Notes: generated from the sequence alone by a model not told the origin. A stretch of 60,950 bases of DNA from an uncultured bacterium (GCA_964442615.1 CAYUAG010000008.1:1-60950), one strand, 5' to 3'; shown: positions 46,650 through 56,436, counted from the stretch's first letter. Numbers and translations are program-made.

Positions 46650-47117
46650 TTATTCTAAGATAAGTTCCATATATATAGTTCCCGGAATGGGATTGTGGTA
46701 GTAAGGCTTAATAGGGTGAAAACCAAGGTTTCTGTACAGGGCTCGAGCAGCAGTCATAGAAGGAAGAGTGTCCAGTCTTATTCGCTTGTAGCCGAATTGT
46801 TTTGTTTTTTCAATAATTTTCTCACAAAGAATTTTTCCCAGTCCTTTACCTCTAATCTTGGGTGTAAGGTAAAGTCTTTTCATTTCACAATTCGGTTTAT
46901 CAAGTTTTTTTAACCCAACACAACCTACAAATGAATCCTTATATTTTATTAGAATAAGTGATCCTGAAGGCGGCTGGTATATGGTTTCTATTTGTTCCAG
47001 TTCCTGTTCATAATTCTGAAAGGTTAGATCAATACCCAGACTGTCAGTGTATTCCTGGAAGAGTTTTCGGGCTGCGGCTATATCCTGCTCTGTTCTTGCC
47101 TCAATTAATTCTATCAT
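46650..47117 (-). CDS. GNAT family N-acetyltransferase
   Basis: 155 aa. Acetyl-CoA binding motif RGKGLGKILCEKIIEKTKQFGYKRIRLDT and YRNLGF. Confidence 0.8.
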   Translation of the reverse strand: MIELIEARTEQDIAAARKLFQEYTDSLGIDLTFQNYEQELEQIETIYQPPSGSLILIKYKDSFVGCVGLKKLDKPNCEMKRLYLTPKIRGKGLGKILCEKIIEKTKQFGYKRIRLDTLPSMTAARALYRNLGFHPIKPYYHNPIPGTIYMELILE

Positions 47118-47213
47118 TTTATTTATACTAATTAAATTATTGTCGATTTAATGTATCTCATCCAGGAATTACAATTTTGGTATAATTAGGGAGAGGATTG
47201 CCGAACAGGGAAA

Positions 47214-49145
47214 CTACTCTATTACCTCAACTTCAATATAAAATAAATCTGTTGCAACCTTCCACTTATCATGCTCGGAATTTAATGATGTGCTCTGCCA
47301 TTCAGCCTGGGGATGGATAAAAAAGGAGGTGTCATTTTCCTGAATTTTTACAGGCATGGAGAGATGTTCTACTGCTGTTTTCCAGCGATACTTTACTTTA
47401 TTTTGTTCATATTTGAGCTCAAGTACAGGAAGCTGGGTATGATAAAGGTATTGATCAAACAGAGGCTTGAGGTCTTGGTCCAGAAATTCATTAAAAAAAT
47501 TTAATACATCTGTAGTATAGATTGATTGATATTTGAACCGTTGATGAAGTGCTTTCAGCATTGCCCACCAGGTCTGATCATCATTCACTACATGTCGCAG
47601 AGTGTTTAAAAACAGGGCTCCTTTAAAATAGATATCCTGGGTGGGCCAGTGATTGACTCCTGGAGGTCCGATAATAGGAGTTTTGTTACTAACTTTACTC
47701 TTGTAACCATTAAGATAGGAAATAGCTGCTTTATACCCGAATTGACACTCCACATACACAGCTTCCATATAGGTACCAAATCCCTCATGAATCCAGGCAT
47801 CAGAGTAATCCCCGCAGGTAACACTGTTACCGAACCACTCATGGGCACTTTCATGAATTATAATAAAATCAAATTTGGTACTGATTCCCACTCCAGTCCA
47901 ATCACGACCCATATATCCATTCTTGAAAAGATTACCATAGGTAACCGCACTCTGATGTTCCATACCTGAATAAGGTACTTCCACCAATTTGTATCCATCT
48001 TTTTTAAAGGAGTATTCCCCAAAGTGTTGCTGATAGCACTTTAGCATGGGCTTCACCTGCTGAAATTGTTTTTTTGCTTTTTTTTGATGATAGGGGAGGA
48101 CATAGTAATCCAGACTAAGATCATTCAGTAGGTCAGAAAAGTGAGTATATTTACCTACATTAACCGAGACACAGTAGTTATTTATAGGGTAGTGCACTTT
48201 CCAGTTGTACTGAGTAAAACCATTTACTTGTTCCTCTTTTCCCATAAATTTGCCATTTGATACTGCAGTTAGTTCAGAAGGAACCAAGAAGTGCAATGAC
48301 ATATTTTTTACTTCGTCCAAGTGTTGATCTTTACTGGGCCACCACATACTGGAACCGATTCCCTGACAGGCTGTGTATATCCAGGGATTTCCTAGAGAAT
48401 CCTGCTGAAAAACTAAACCACCAAATCGGCCCCTTGCTAAAGGATATCCGGAATAGAAAAAATTAATACTGTAGGTTTCACCCTTTTTCAAATTATGGGG
48501 AAAGGAAATAAATACTGCATTGTATTCCCGTTTAAAATCAAGCTTTTTTTGATTAAATACAATTTGATCCACTTTCATATTTTTAAAAAGGTCAATCTGA
48601 ATGGTTTTGCTGTCCCGGAGCATGGTAAAGGTGATAGTGTTCTTTCCAATTAATTTTTTGTTTTCCACATCAATTTTTATCTGTAGATCATAGTGAAGTA
48701 AATCATTATTGGACCGGTAGGGACCATACTTGCCCTGCAAGGTATCTTGCCTGGTAAATTGAAATTTTTTTTCTACTGGATTAACCAGAGTGGAATCATA
48801 GCGCAATTTCACTATCCGAGTATCTGGAAGAGAAACAAGATTTAACTCTCGGGAGTGATAATTTTTTGCCTGGATGGTTATATTTGCAGAACCGTTTTTT
48901 GCTGGAAGCATCACCTGACCGTTTACATCGGAGCGCAGAGCATAGCGATGTTTTTTCAAGTAGACAACAGCTCCTTCAATTGGTTTTTTGCTGTCTCGGT
49001 CAATTACAGTAAGTATTTTGACAGGCTGCAGAAAATAAGATAGACTCAATACAATAAATATAAGAACAATTGTACTTTTCAAATTTATCTCCTTATGTAA
49101 TCTGGTTATCAGATAGTTTATTTTATTGAGGATATACTTCTTCAT
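47214..49145 (-). CDS. M1 family metallopeptidase (aminopeptidase N-like), secreted or anchored
   Basis: GMEHQS exopeptidase motif (GxMEN-like), HExxH in IIHESAHEWFGN and the downstream zinc-ligand Glu in WIHEGFGTYME. Confidence 0.85.
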   Translation of the reverse strand: MKKYILNKINYLITRLHKEINLKSTIVLIFIVLSLSYFLQPVKILTVIDRDSKKPIEGAVVYLKKHRYALRSDVNGQVMLPAKNGSANITIQAKNYHSRELNLVSLPDTRIVKLRYDSTLVNPVEKKFQFTRQDTLQGKYGPYRSNNDLLHYDLQIKIDVENKKLIGKNTITFTMLRDSKTIQIDLFKNMKVDQIVFNQKKLDFKREYNAVFISFPHNLKKGETYSINFFYSGYPLARGRFGGLVFQQDSLGNPWIYTACQGIGSSMWWPSKDQHLDEVKNMSLHFLVPSELTAVSNGKFMGKEEQVNGFTQYNWKVHYPINNYCVSVNVGKYTHFSDLLNDLSLDYYVLPYHQKKAKKQFQQVKPMLKCYQQHFGEYSFKKDGYKLVEVPYSGMEHQSAVTYGNLFKNGYMGRDWTGVGISTKFDFIIIHESAHEWFGNSVTCGDYSDAWIHEGFGTYMEAVYVECQFGYKAAISYLNGYKSKVSNKTPIIGPPGVNHWPTQDIYFKGALFLNTLRHVVNDDQTWWAMLKALHQRFKYQSIYTTDVLNFFNEFLDQDLKPLFDQYLYHTQLPVLELKYEQNKVKYRWKTAVEHLSMPVKIQENDTSFFIHPQAEWQSTSLNSEHDKWKVATDLFYIEVEVIE

Positions 49146-49435
49146 ATTCTAAGATCTATTTTAAGGAATCAAGAATTTGAAGATATATTAAAGGTAAGAA
49201 AAATCTTTTTCAAAACCTAATAATAAAAAGTATGATAAAAAAATATTGACATAAGGAATAAAATTATATAGATTTAAAAAGTATGCATCCGTTCTAAAAA
49301 TCATTTTTTACGAGATATGGTGAAAAATGAGGAGTCATTTTTATTGAGTTTAGATAGTAATTTTTTAGGCTTTTTATAGGTTTTTACAATAATTTTAAAT
49401 ATTTTTTATGATAAATATTTTATTTAGGAGAAGAA

Positions 49436-49906
49436 ATGAATTTGAAATACAGTATTTGGGCATGGATTTTGTTGTGGTTTTTGTTTATGTGCACTGCAAA
49501 GGATAGAGTTAATTATCAGGTAATCAGGGAGAACATAAAAACAGTACTGTATACACAAGAGTCTGCCTGGAATTCAGGAAATATTGAAGAATATATGAAA
49601 GGATATTACCATTCCGACTCTCTTCGTTTTGCTAGCGGTGGGACTGTACGATACGGGTGGTTTAATACTTTTCAAGGTTATAAAAAAAGATATCCTAATA
49701 AAGAGACAATGGGAAAACTCAAATTTTCTGATCTAAAGATTACGGTTGTATGCGATTCTGTAGCAATTGTTTTTGGCAGGTGGCAACTTCAGAGATTATC
49801 TGATACCCCGCATGGGTTATTTACACTATTGTTTAAAAGAAAAGAGAAGGGATGGAATATAGTAGCTGATCATACCTCAATTGCACACCCTTATGATCAG
49901 GAATAG
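49436..49906 (+). CDS. SnoaL/DUF4440-like (NTF2 fold) protein with signal peptide
   Basis: 156 aa. ...QESAWNSGNIEEYMKGYYHSDSLRFASGG...GRWQL....PHGLFTLLFKRKEKGWNIVADHTS is typical of the DUF4440/YybH-like family. Confidence 0.55.
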   Translation: MNLKYSIWAWILLWFLFMCTAKDRVNYQVIRENIKTVLYTQESAWNSGNIEEYMKGYYHSDSLRFASGGTVRYGWFNTFQGYKKRYPNKETMGKLKFSDLKITVVCDSVAIVFGRWQLQRLSDTPHGLFTLLFKRKEKGWNIVADHTSIAHPYDQE

Positions 49907-49979
49907 AGGAGGTGTTTGAAATATAAAAGCAATTTTTACCATATTATGATATTAAAAATTAATTATTGAAGATAATATC

Positions 49980-50008
49980 TTGCAATTAAAAATATTAGTT
50001 AATATATT
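49980..50008 (+). promoter_or_regulatory. Sigma70 promoter candidate TTGCAA-N17-TATATT
   Basis: -35 box at 49980-49985, a counted 17-nt spacer, -10 box at 50003-50008. About 45 nt upstream of the ATG at 50053, which is preceded by the RBS GGAGGG. Confidence 0.45.
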
Positions 50009-50052
50009 TTAAAATATATAATAATATTTTACCTGATATAGGAGGGTAAAGA

Positions 50053-51549
50053 ATGAAGAAAAGTAAAATATATACTCCGTTAATCATACTATTGAGTGGA
50101 TTTATCTGTATCTGTTTTTTGTTATTTAATCAATGTAAATTTGAAGAACCAGCAGCACCGAATTGGGATGTAAATTTTATACTACCTCTTCTTTCGGAGA
50201 AATACACCATGGAGGATCTGGCCAAAGATGTTAAAGAGATCAGTATTGAGGATGATACGGTATGGGTGAATATGGAGAAAGATTTTGATTCAGAAAAAGT
50301 AGGGGAAAAGTTGAAAATTGATGGAACTTCAAAAACATTCACCATACTCAGCGGCGGGAGCATCAGTGATGCAGTATCCATACCAGGTGATGATATTATT
50401 CTTGATTCAGCAACCATCAGTTGTGGAAGCATTCAAGTAAGCTTTAAAAATCTCGGTTCTCAGACAGTAGATATTCATTTTGCATCAGAAGATTTAAAAA
50501 ATGCGAATGGTGCAATATTAACTATAGATGAAACTGTTCCTGGTAATACTGAAGAATCAAAAAATATAAATTTAGAAAATTTTACCATAACTCCCCTAAA
50601 CAATCAAATCCATTTTAATGGAAGTTTAACCGGAGGCAATGGAAATGTGGAAATTACCGTACAAATTCAAGAATTAACCTTTTCCCAGGTATCCGGAAAA
50701 CTGAATCAGGTGGAGATTAACATAGACAGCCTGGAATCCGATTTTGAGATTCCGGAAGAGTTTAAGGACTTTGCTGTCAAGAAAGCTAATATTCAAATTG
50801 CATTTAATTCAACTATCTCTTTTCCTTTTGATATTGATATTACTATTGAAGCCTTAGAAAGCAGAAATCAGTTACCTGATCCAATTCATATTACAGAATA
50901 CATAGAGTCTGAACAGGATACCATTACTATTGGTGATATAGCTGATTTTATTAACAGCCAACCTACAAATATTTTAGTCTATGGAAATGCCTTTATTGGC
51001 CGGGGTGAAGGGAGTCACACTATTACTGAAAATGACTCGATTTCAGGAACAGTTTTGTTTAACGCTCCTTTAATTATATCTATCCCCTCCTATGAATCCA
51101 AAATGGAACCGGATACACTTTCTATTGATGAGGACGTTCAAGATTTTATTCGGGATAATTTGATAAGTGCAGAATTTAATGCTGAGGTTGAGAACGGACT
51201 TCCTATAGGTACTAATGTATCCATAGTTTTTTCCAACACTTGTTCTGATTCACTTATTTATGATAATGGAAAGTATGATCTTAAATTTGATCTAAATTTA
51301 AAAAAAGCCCCTACCAGCAATACTGATCCAGCAGTGGTTACCGGTACTGAGCACAGTAGCTTAAATATTACCCTTGAGCAAGAAGAGCTCAGCCATTTTA
51401 TTAATAATGATACCCTTTTTGTGGGCTTCAAATTTGTATTTTTAGGTTCTGATGATATGACAAAATTCCGGTCCCAGGATTACATACAAATTGAAGCGAG
51501 TATATCAGCTCTGGTAAACACAACAGTACCAGAAGATGAAGAAGAATAA
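50053..51549 (+). CDS. Secreted/outer-surface protein of unknown function (beta-rich, acidic)
   Basis: Signal peptide MKKSKIYTPLIILLSGFICICFLLFNQC, then 470 aa rich in N/S/T/D/E/I with alternating-strand character. No motif recognised. Translationally coupled to the next gene. Confidence 0.5.
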   Translation: MKKSKIYTPLIILLSGFICICFLLFNQCKFEEPAAPNWDVNFILPLLSEKYTMEDLAKDVKEISIEDDTVWVNMEKDFDSEKVGEKLKIDGTSKTFTILSGGSISDAVSIPGDDIILDSATISCGSIQVSFKNLGSQTVDIHFASEDLKNANGAILTIDETVPGNTEESKNINLENFTITPLNNQIHFNGSLTGGNGNVEITVQIQELTFSQVSGKLNQVEINIDSLESDFEIPEEFKDFAVKKANIQIAFNSTISFPFDIDITIEALESRNQLPDPIHITEYIESEQDTITIGDIADFINSQPTNILVYGNAFIGRGEGSHTITENDSISGTVLFNAPLIISIPSYESKMEPDTLSIDEDVQDFIRDNLISAEFNAEVENGLPIGTNVSIVFSNTCSDSLIYDNGKYDLKFDLNLKKAPTSNTDPAVVTGTEHSSLNITLEQEELSHFINNDTLFVGFKFVFLGSDDMTKFRSQDYIQIEASISALVNTTVPEDEEE

Positions 51550-51559
51550 GGAGGTTATC

Positions 51560-52846
51560 ATGAATAAGCAATTTATTTTCAATCAAAAAATAAATAACAT
51601 ATTGTTCCTTTCTCTTTTTTTTACGGTTTTATTAAATACAAAAGCCTGTACCCAGATGACTGCAAGAGCAGTTGGTTTGGGAGGAGCTTATACAGCTATA
51701 GCCCGAGGGGTTCATGCCCCTTTATGGAATCCTGCTAATTTAGGATTGTCTGATAATCCCAAATTTTCTATGTCCATTATTGGTGCTCAGGCTGGGGTCT
51801 GGAACAATAGTTTTTCTTTAGGGATGTATAATAAGTATAATGGTGAGTATTTAACTGATGATGATATTGAAGATATTTTAAACAGCATTCCTGATAATGG
51901 ATTCAGATCAAATACAGAAGTATTTGTAAATACTTTTTCATTTTCTACCGGGCATTTTGCTCTGACTATCGGAGTTTTGGGAGGAGGATTTGTAAATGCT
52001 GCCAAAGCTTTTTTTGAAATACCCTTAACCGGAACAGAGATTAATAAAACCTATAAGCTAAGTGATACAGATGGAAGCTCTCTGGCGGTTGGTCTGGTGG
52101 GAGTTTCCTGGGGAGAACCCATAGAGGTTGATTTTGCAGAAGAGTTCACAGTTGGAGGGACAATAAATATTTTTTATGCAGGAGCTTACGGCAATGCCGA
52201 TAAGACAGAATGTACCATAGATTCAAAACCCTATGGTATTGATCTGGACGGATTGTATGAGGTTACCTATGCTTATAACGGGAGTGTTGGTTTTGGTTTA
52301 AGCCTGGGTAGTGCTGCTCGTTTAGATAAAAAGTGGACTGTAAGTTTAGGTTTAACCAATATACTTAGCAGTATCCCATTTAATAATGAGGTCAAGACTG
52401 AAAAAGGCAACTTTTATATAGATTCATTAAGTGCTCTTACTGAAGATTTTGAAGAGAATGCTCAGGATACAAGCTGGACTGAGGAAGCATCATCTTTTAC
52501 AGCTAGATTTCCAACTGTACTTCATTTGGGATGTGCATACAGGGAAGGAGATGTAATTATGGCTGCGGATTACTATCAGGCTTTTACCAGGGGAATATTT
52601 GGCAGTACGAATCCGCAACTATCAGTTGGTACTGAGTGGCAGGGTGTGTCTTGGTTTCCACTTCGTATGGGAGTTGTAGTTGGCGGATATATTGGTTTGG
52701 GTACCTCTTTTGGATTTGGAATACGGCCAGGCGGATTTGTACTTGATGTTGGATATATGAGCAGGGGATTTTTAATCTCGCCGAATAATTCCAAAGGAAT
52801 GATAGTATCGGTTGATATAGGTATAGATCTTCAGAAAAGGGATTAG
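51560..52846 (+). CDS. PorV/PorQ-like (UPF0164/DUF5723-like) outer-membrane beta-barrel protein
   Basis: Signal peptide, then ARAVGLGGAYTAIARGVHAPLWNPANLGL. This is the same G.GgA..A.a......WNPA[GN][LM] motif as in ORF 257-2167. It is Gly/aromatic-rich with a strand pattern throughout. The start at 51560 follows AAGGAGG. Confidence 0.5.
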   Translation: MNKQFIFNQKINNILFLSLFFTVLLNTKACTQMTARAVGLGGAYTAIARGVHAPLWNPANLGLSDNPKFSMSIIGAQAGVWNNSFSLGMYNKYNGEYLTDDDIEDILNSIPDNGFRSNTEVFVNTFSFSTGHFALTIGVLGGGFVNAAKAFFEIPLTGTEINKTYKLSDTDGSSLAVGLVGVSWGEPIEVDFAEEFTVGGTINIFYAGAYGNADKTECTIDSKPYGIDLDGLYEVTYAYNGSVGFGLSLGSAARLDKKWTVSLGLTNILSSIPFNNEVKTEKGNFYIDSLSALTEDFEENAQDTSWTEEASSFTARFPTVLHLGCAYREGDVIMAADYYQAFTRGIFGSTNPQLSVGTEWQGVSWFPLRMGVVVGGYIGLGTSFGFGIRPGGFVLDVGYMSRGFLISPNNSKGMIVSVDIGIDLQKRD

Positions 52847-53024
52847 CGTTACATGGGCATTATTTATAATTAATAAAGAGGGGAAAATACAAGCATAGGG
52901 AAATTAGAAAACATTTTTATAGTTAATTAGTTTTTATTTGTGATATATTCAGAAGAGAAATCAATTTTTAAACTGCTTTTTAACATTTTACGTTATGGAT
53001 TAATAAGAGGAGGCAAAAGAGAAT

Positions 53025-54314
53025 ATGGATGTATCTGTATCCGGAAATTTTGGAATTCTGGTAGGAGGAGGACCTGCACCTGGTATTAATGGTGTAATTG
53101 CAGCTGTAACCATTGAAGCACGTAAAAAAGGATTTAAAGTATATGGTATTTATGATGGATATAAGTGGCTTGTACAAGAGGATTATGATTTGTTGAAAAA
53201 AAATCTTAGAGAGCTTCATATTAAAGATGTTTCCCGTATTCATTTTGATGGTGGTTCGATATTATTTACTTCACGTACAAATCCCCAAAATGTTATAAAT
53301 GGACCAGAAAATTGTGTTAAGCTATTAGAAAAACTGGGAATAAAATATATGGTTACCATTGGAGGAGATGATACTGCCTATGGCGCAAGTCTTATAGCAA
53401 AAGAAGCTAAAGGCAAGATTAAATTTGCACATGTCCCTAAAACTATTGATAATGATCTTCCCTTACCCCATAATTTACCCACTTTCGGTTTTCAAACAGC
53501 TCGTGAGCATGGTTCTGTGCTGATAAAAAATTTAATGGAAGATTCAAAGACTACCCACAGATGGTATATTGCTGTTACCATGGGAAGGCATTCCGGACAT
53601 TTAGCATTAGGAGTTGCAAAATCTGCTGCTGCTACTCTTGCTATAATTCCAGAGGAATTTCAAAAAGATAAAAGAATATCTCTTACCCATGTTTGTGATG
53701 TTTTAGAAACTTCCATATTAAAACGTATGGCTATGGGGCATGATTTTGGGGTAATGGTAATTGCTGAGGGAATAGCAGAACGATTAAATCCTAAAGAGCT
53801 AAAAAGACTTCCAGGATTAAATTTTGAATATGATGATTTCGGACATATGCGTCTGGATGAAATAGAACTTGGTAAAGTTATTAAATATGAAGTAGAACGT
53901 CGTTTCCGGAGCCGGAGTAATAAAAAGTTTCGTATTGTTGAAATAAATATTGGCTATGTGCTTCGTTCTGCAGATCCCATACCTTTTGATCAGGAATATA
54001 CAAGGGATCTGGGGTACAATGCCTTTCACTATCTAATGAGTAATAAAGCAGAACATCAGAAAAATGCAATGATTGTTGTAGATAATGGAGTATTAAAGCC
54101 CATGCCTTTTGATGACATGCTTGATCCTAAAACAGGTAAAACATCAGTAAGATTTGTTAATACAGAGAGTGAAGCCTATCATATTGCTAGAAGGTATATG
54201 ATACGTTTAGAGAAGAGAGATATTGAGGAAGAATATATGCTTAAGAGAATGTCTGAGAAGGCAAAAATGTCTGAAAAGGAATTTATTAAAAGGTTTGGAT
54301 ATTTAATTGAATAG
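53025..54314 (+). CDS. pfp: Phosphofructokinase, pyrophosphate-dependent type by signature residues
   Basis: GILVGGGPAPGINGVI, TIGGDDT (Asp where ATP-PFKs have Gly), VPKTIDNDL (Lys where ATP-PFKs have Gly) and MGRHSG. The Asp/Lys pair is the established PPi-specificity signature. Confidence 0.8.
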   Translation: MDVSVSGNFGILVGGGPAPGINGVIAAVTIEARKKGFKVYGIYDGYKWLVQEDYDLLKKNLRELHIKDVSRIHFDGGSILFTSRTNPQNVINGPENCVKLLEKLGIKYMVTIGGDDTAYGASLIAKEAKGKIKFAHVPKTIDNDLPLPHNLPTFGFQTAREHGSVLIKNLMEDSKTTHRWYIAVTMGRHSGHLALGVAKSAAATLAIIPEEFQKDKRISLTHVCDVLETSILKRMAMGHDFGVMVIAEGIAERLNPKELKRLPGLNFEYDDFGHMRLDEIELGKVIKYEVERRFRSRSNKKFRIVEINIGYVLRSADPIPFDQEYTRDLGYNAFHYLMSNKAEHQKNAMIVVDNGVLKPMPFDDMLDPKTGKTSVRFVNTESEAYHIARRYMIRLEKRDIEEEYMLKRMSEKAKMSEKEFIKRFGYLIE

Positions 54315-54354
54315 ATAGTGTTATTAAGCCTTAATTAATCCCTGCAGAGAATGT

Positions 54355-55146
54355 ATGGATTTGAATTTAAAAGAAAGGGCTTTTTATTTTGGAAAGCCCT
54401 TTTTAAAAAATACATGTAAGTTACTTTCTTATATTTATGATTTTGTTTTTCCTTCCCTTTGCTTTGTATGTGAAAAGCGAAATGATAATTTACAACCCTT
54501 ATGTGAAGATTGTTTAAGACAATTAATAAACACTTCTAATATAACTATACATAAAGATAAGAGTGATTTTTATCATTTACCTGGAACACTGTATTTTAGC
54601 CAAATAATTACTCTCTGGCCTTATATAAAAATGATAGAATCATTGATACATCAAATAAAATATTATCATAGAAAGAAATTAGGTTTTTTTCTGGGAAGCA
54701 TTGCAGGCAAACTGTTGTACAAGGAACTGAAATTATCTGGAGAAGAAGTGATTATTCCTGTACCTCTTCATAAAATCCGATTTAGGGATAGAGGATATAA
54801 TCAAAGTAATTTACTTTCTATGGGTCTGTCTGAATATGTGGATCTACCGATTTATGGAGATACTCTTATACGGATAAAAAATACAAAATCTCAGACTTTC
54901 TTGAATGCTGAACAGAGATGTTCTAACCTGAAAAATGCATTTAAAGTATTGAATCCAGATAGAATACACCATAAAACTGTTTTTTTGGTGGATGATGTTT
55001 CTACAACAGGTGCTACTTTCAACAGTTGCTCTTATACTTTGCAACAAGCAGGTGCAGATAAGATAATTGGTCTTGCTATAGCACGCCCGGGGTTTGAGGA
55101 CAGAAGTCGGAGGTTAGAAGATAGAGAAGGGAAGATAGAAGATTAG
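54355..55146 (+). CDS. comFC: ComF family protein (ComFC-like phosphoribosyltransferase-fold competence protein)
   Basis: N-terminal 4-Cys zinc finger (CFVC...CEDC), VPLHKIRFRDRGYNQS and the PRTase motif VFLVDDVSTTGATF. The last ~18 aa (FEDRSRRLEDREGKIED) are read from the purine-rich repeat next to the IS. Confidence 0.8.
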   Translation: MDLNLKERAFYFGKPFLKNTCKLLSYIYDFVFPSLCFVCEKRNDNLQPLCEDCLRQLINTSNITIHKDKSDFYHLPGTLYFSQIITLWPYIKMIESLIHQIKYYHRKKLGFFLGSIAGKLLYKELKLSGEEVIIPVPLHKIRFRDRGYNQSNLLSMGLSEYVDLPIYGDTLIRIKNTKSQTFLNAEQRCSNLKNAFKVLNPDRIHHKTVFLVDDVSTTGATFNSCSYTLQQAGADKIIGLAIARPGFEDRSRRLEDREGKIED

Positions 55147-55150
55147 AGGT
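55099..55150 (+). repeat. Purine-rich repeat, copy A, abutting the left IS end
   Basis: GACAG-N5-GGAGGTTAGAAGATAGAGAAGGGAAGATAGAAGATTAGAGG. It shares GACAG..GGAGGTT and a 13-nt GTTAGAAGATAGA core with 28811-28866. Confidence 0.6.
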
Positions 55151-55151
55151 C

Positions 55152-56435
55152 TTGTCCTGAAATAGGTTTACTCATTTTGAACCAAAAATGAAAGGTAAAA
55201 ACCTATGCAAGGACAGACCATTCGTTACAGTACAGCATTTAAGCTGAAAGTTATTTCTGAAATTGAATCCGGAAAGCACACTATTGCAGAAGTCCGAAGA
55301 ATTTACGATATTGGTGGAACATCTACCGTACAAAAATGGATTCAAAAGTACGGTAAAAATTATCTTCTAAACAAAGTGATACGGATTCAAATGAAAGACG
55401 AAAAAGACAAAATCAAAGAACTTAAAAATCACATTAAAGTACTTGAACGTGCATTATCTCAATCTCAAGTGGATAATCTTTGCTGGCGATCTCTGGTTGA
55501 AGCCATTAATGAGCAGTATGGTATTGACGCAAAAAAATTTTGGTTCCAAGCAGCTGCCTGTCGAGCTTCAGGAAGTGCTCAAGAAAATAACTTCAAAGTC
55601 TCGATAGAAGCAATATGCCGTTTTTTTCAGCATAGCAGACAGGCATATTATCAATGGCAGCACAGATCGTTTAAAACATTCATCAAAGAGCAGCAAGTGA
55701 TTGACGAAGTGCGACATATTCGAAAAAAACAGCCGAAAGTAGATGGACGTAAGTTGTTATTGGATCTTCAGGATTCAGGATTTCAGCTTGGTCGTGATAG
55801 GCTATTCAACATTCTCAGAAGGAATCACATGCTGGTAAAAAGAAAAAAACGTGTACCATGGACCACCAATTCAAAACACTGGTTTCGTAAGTATACAAAC
55901 TTGATTAAAGGTATTGTACTGACAGGGTCAAATCAGGTGTTTGTTTCAGATATCACCTATCTGCGAATAAAAGGAGATTTCTGTTATCTGAGTTTGATCA
56001 CAGATGCTTGGAGCCGTAAGATCGTCGGTTGGAATGTCTCCTCCTCGTTTTGTGTGAAAGGACCGATCAGGGCACTAAGAATGGCTCTTAAGAACGTGCC
56101 CCATCCTGAAGGCCTGATTCATCACTCTGACAGAGGCATACAATATTGCTGTCAGGATTACGTCAAAATACTCAAAGACCATCATGTTCTGATCAGCATG
56201 ACAGAGGAGAACCACTGCGGTGAAAACACCATTGCAGAAAGAGTCAACGGTATACTCAAAGATGAGTTCTTATTCAACGAAACTCTTCCGTTTTTCAATG
56301 TTGCCAAAGAACTAACGCGGGAATCTATTAACACCTACAACAACGAACGCCGACACATGAGTCTAAACTATCAAATTCCCGCTAAGGTACATGATGTTGT
56401 ATTACAATAAAAACTGTAAACTTTTTTCAGGACGA
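55152..56435 (+). mobile_element. IS3-family insertion sequence (about 1.28 kb) with imperfect 18-bp terminal inverted repeats
   Basis: IR-L is 55154-55171 (GTCCTGAAATAGGTTTAC). IR-R is 56416-56433, whose reverse complement is GTCCTGAAAAAAGTTTAC (16/18 match). It contains one DDE transposase ORF. No clear target-site duplication was seen, so the ends are uncertain by about 2 nt. Confidence 0.75.
55205..56410 (+). CDS. IS3-family transposase, OrfA-OrfB fused in a single frame (HTH + leucine zipper + DDE/rve domain)
   Basis: HTH N-terminus (YSTAFKLKVISEIESGKHTIAEVRRIYDIGGTSTVQKWIQKYG) and a coiled coil. The integrase core has VSDITYL (D), HSDRGIQY (D) and ENTIAERVNGILKDE (E), plus YNNERRHMSLNYQ. 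Confidence 0.9.
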   Translation: MQGQTIRYSTAFKLKVISEIESGKHTIAEVRRIYDIGGTSTVQKWIQKYGKNYLLNKVIRIQMKDEKDKIKELKNHIKVLERALSQSQVDNLCWRSLVEAINEQYGIDAKKFWFQAAACRASGSAQENNFKVSIEAICRFFQHSRQAYYQWQHRSFKTFIKEQQVIDEVRHIRKKQPKVDGRKLLLDLQDSGFQLGRDRLFNILRRNHMLVKRKKRVPWTTNSKHWFRKYTNLIKGIVLTGSNQVFVSDITYLRIKGDFCYLSLITDAWSRKIVGWNVSSSFCVKGPIRALRMALKNVPHPEGLIHHSDRGIQYCCQDYVKILKDHHVLISMTEENHCGENTIAERVNGILKDEFLFNETLPFFNVAKELTRESINTYNNERRHMSLNYQIPAKVHDVVLQ

Positions 56436-56436
56436 C

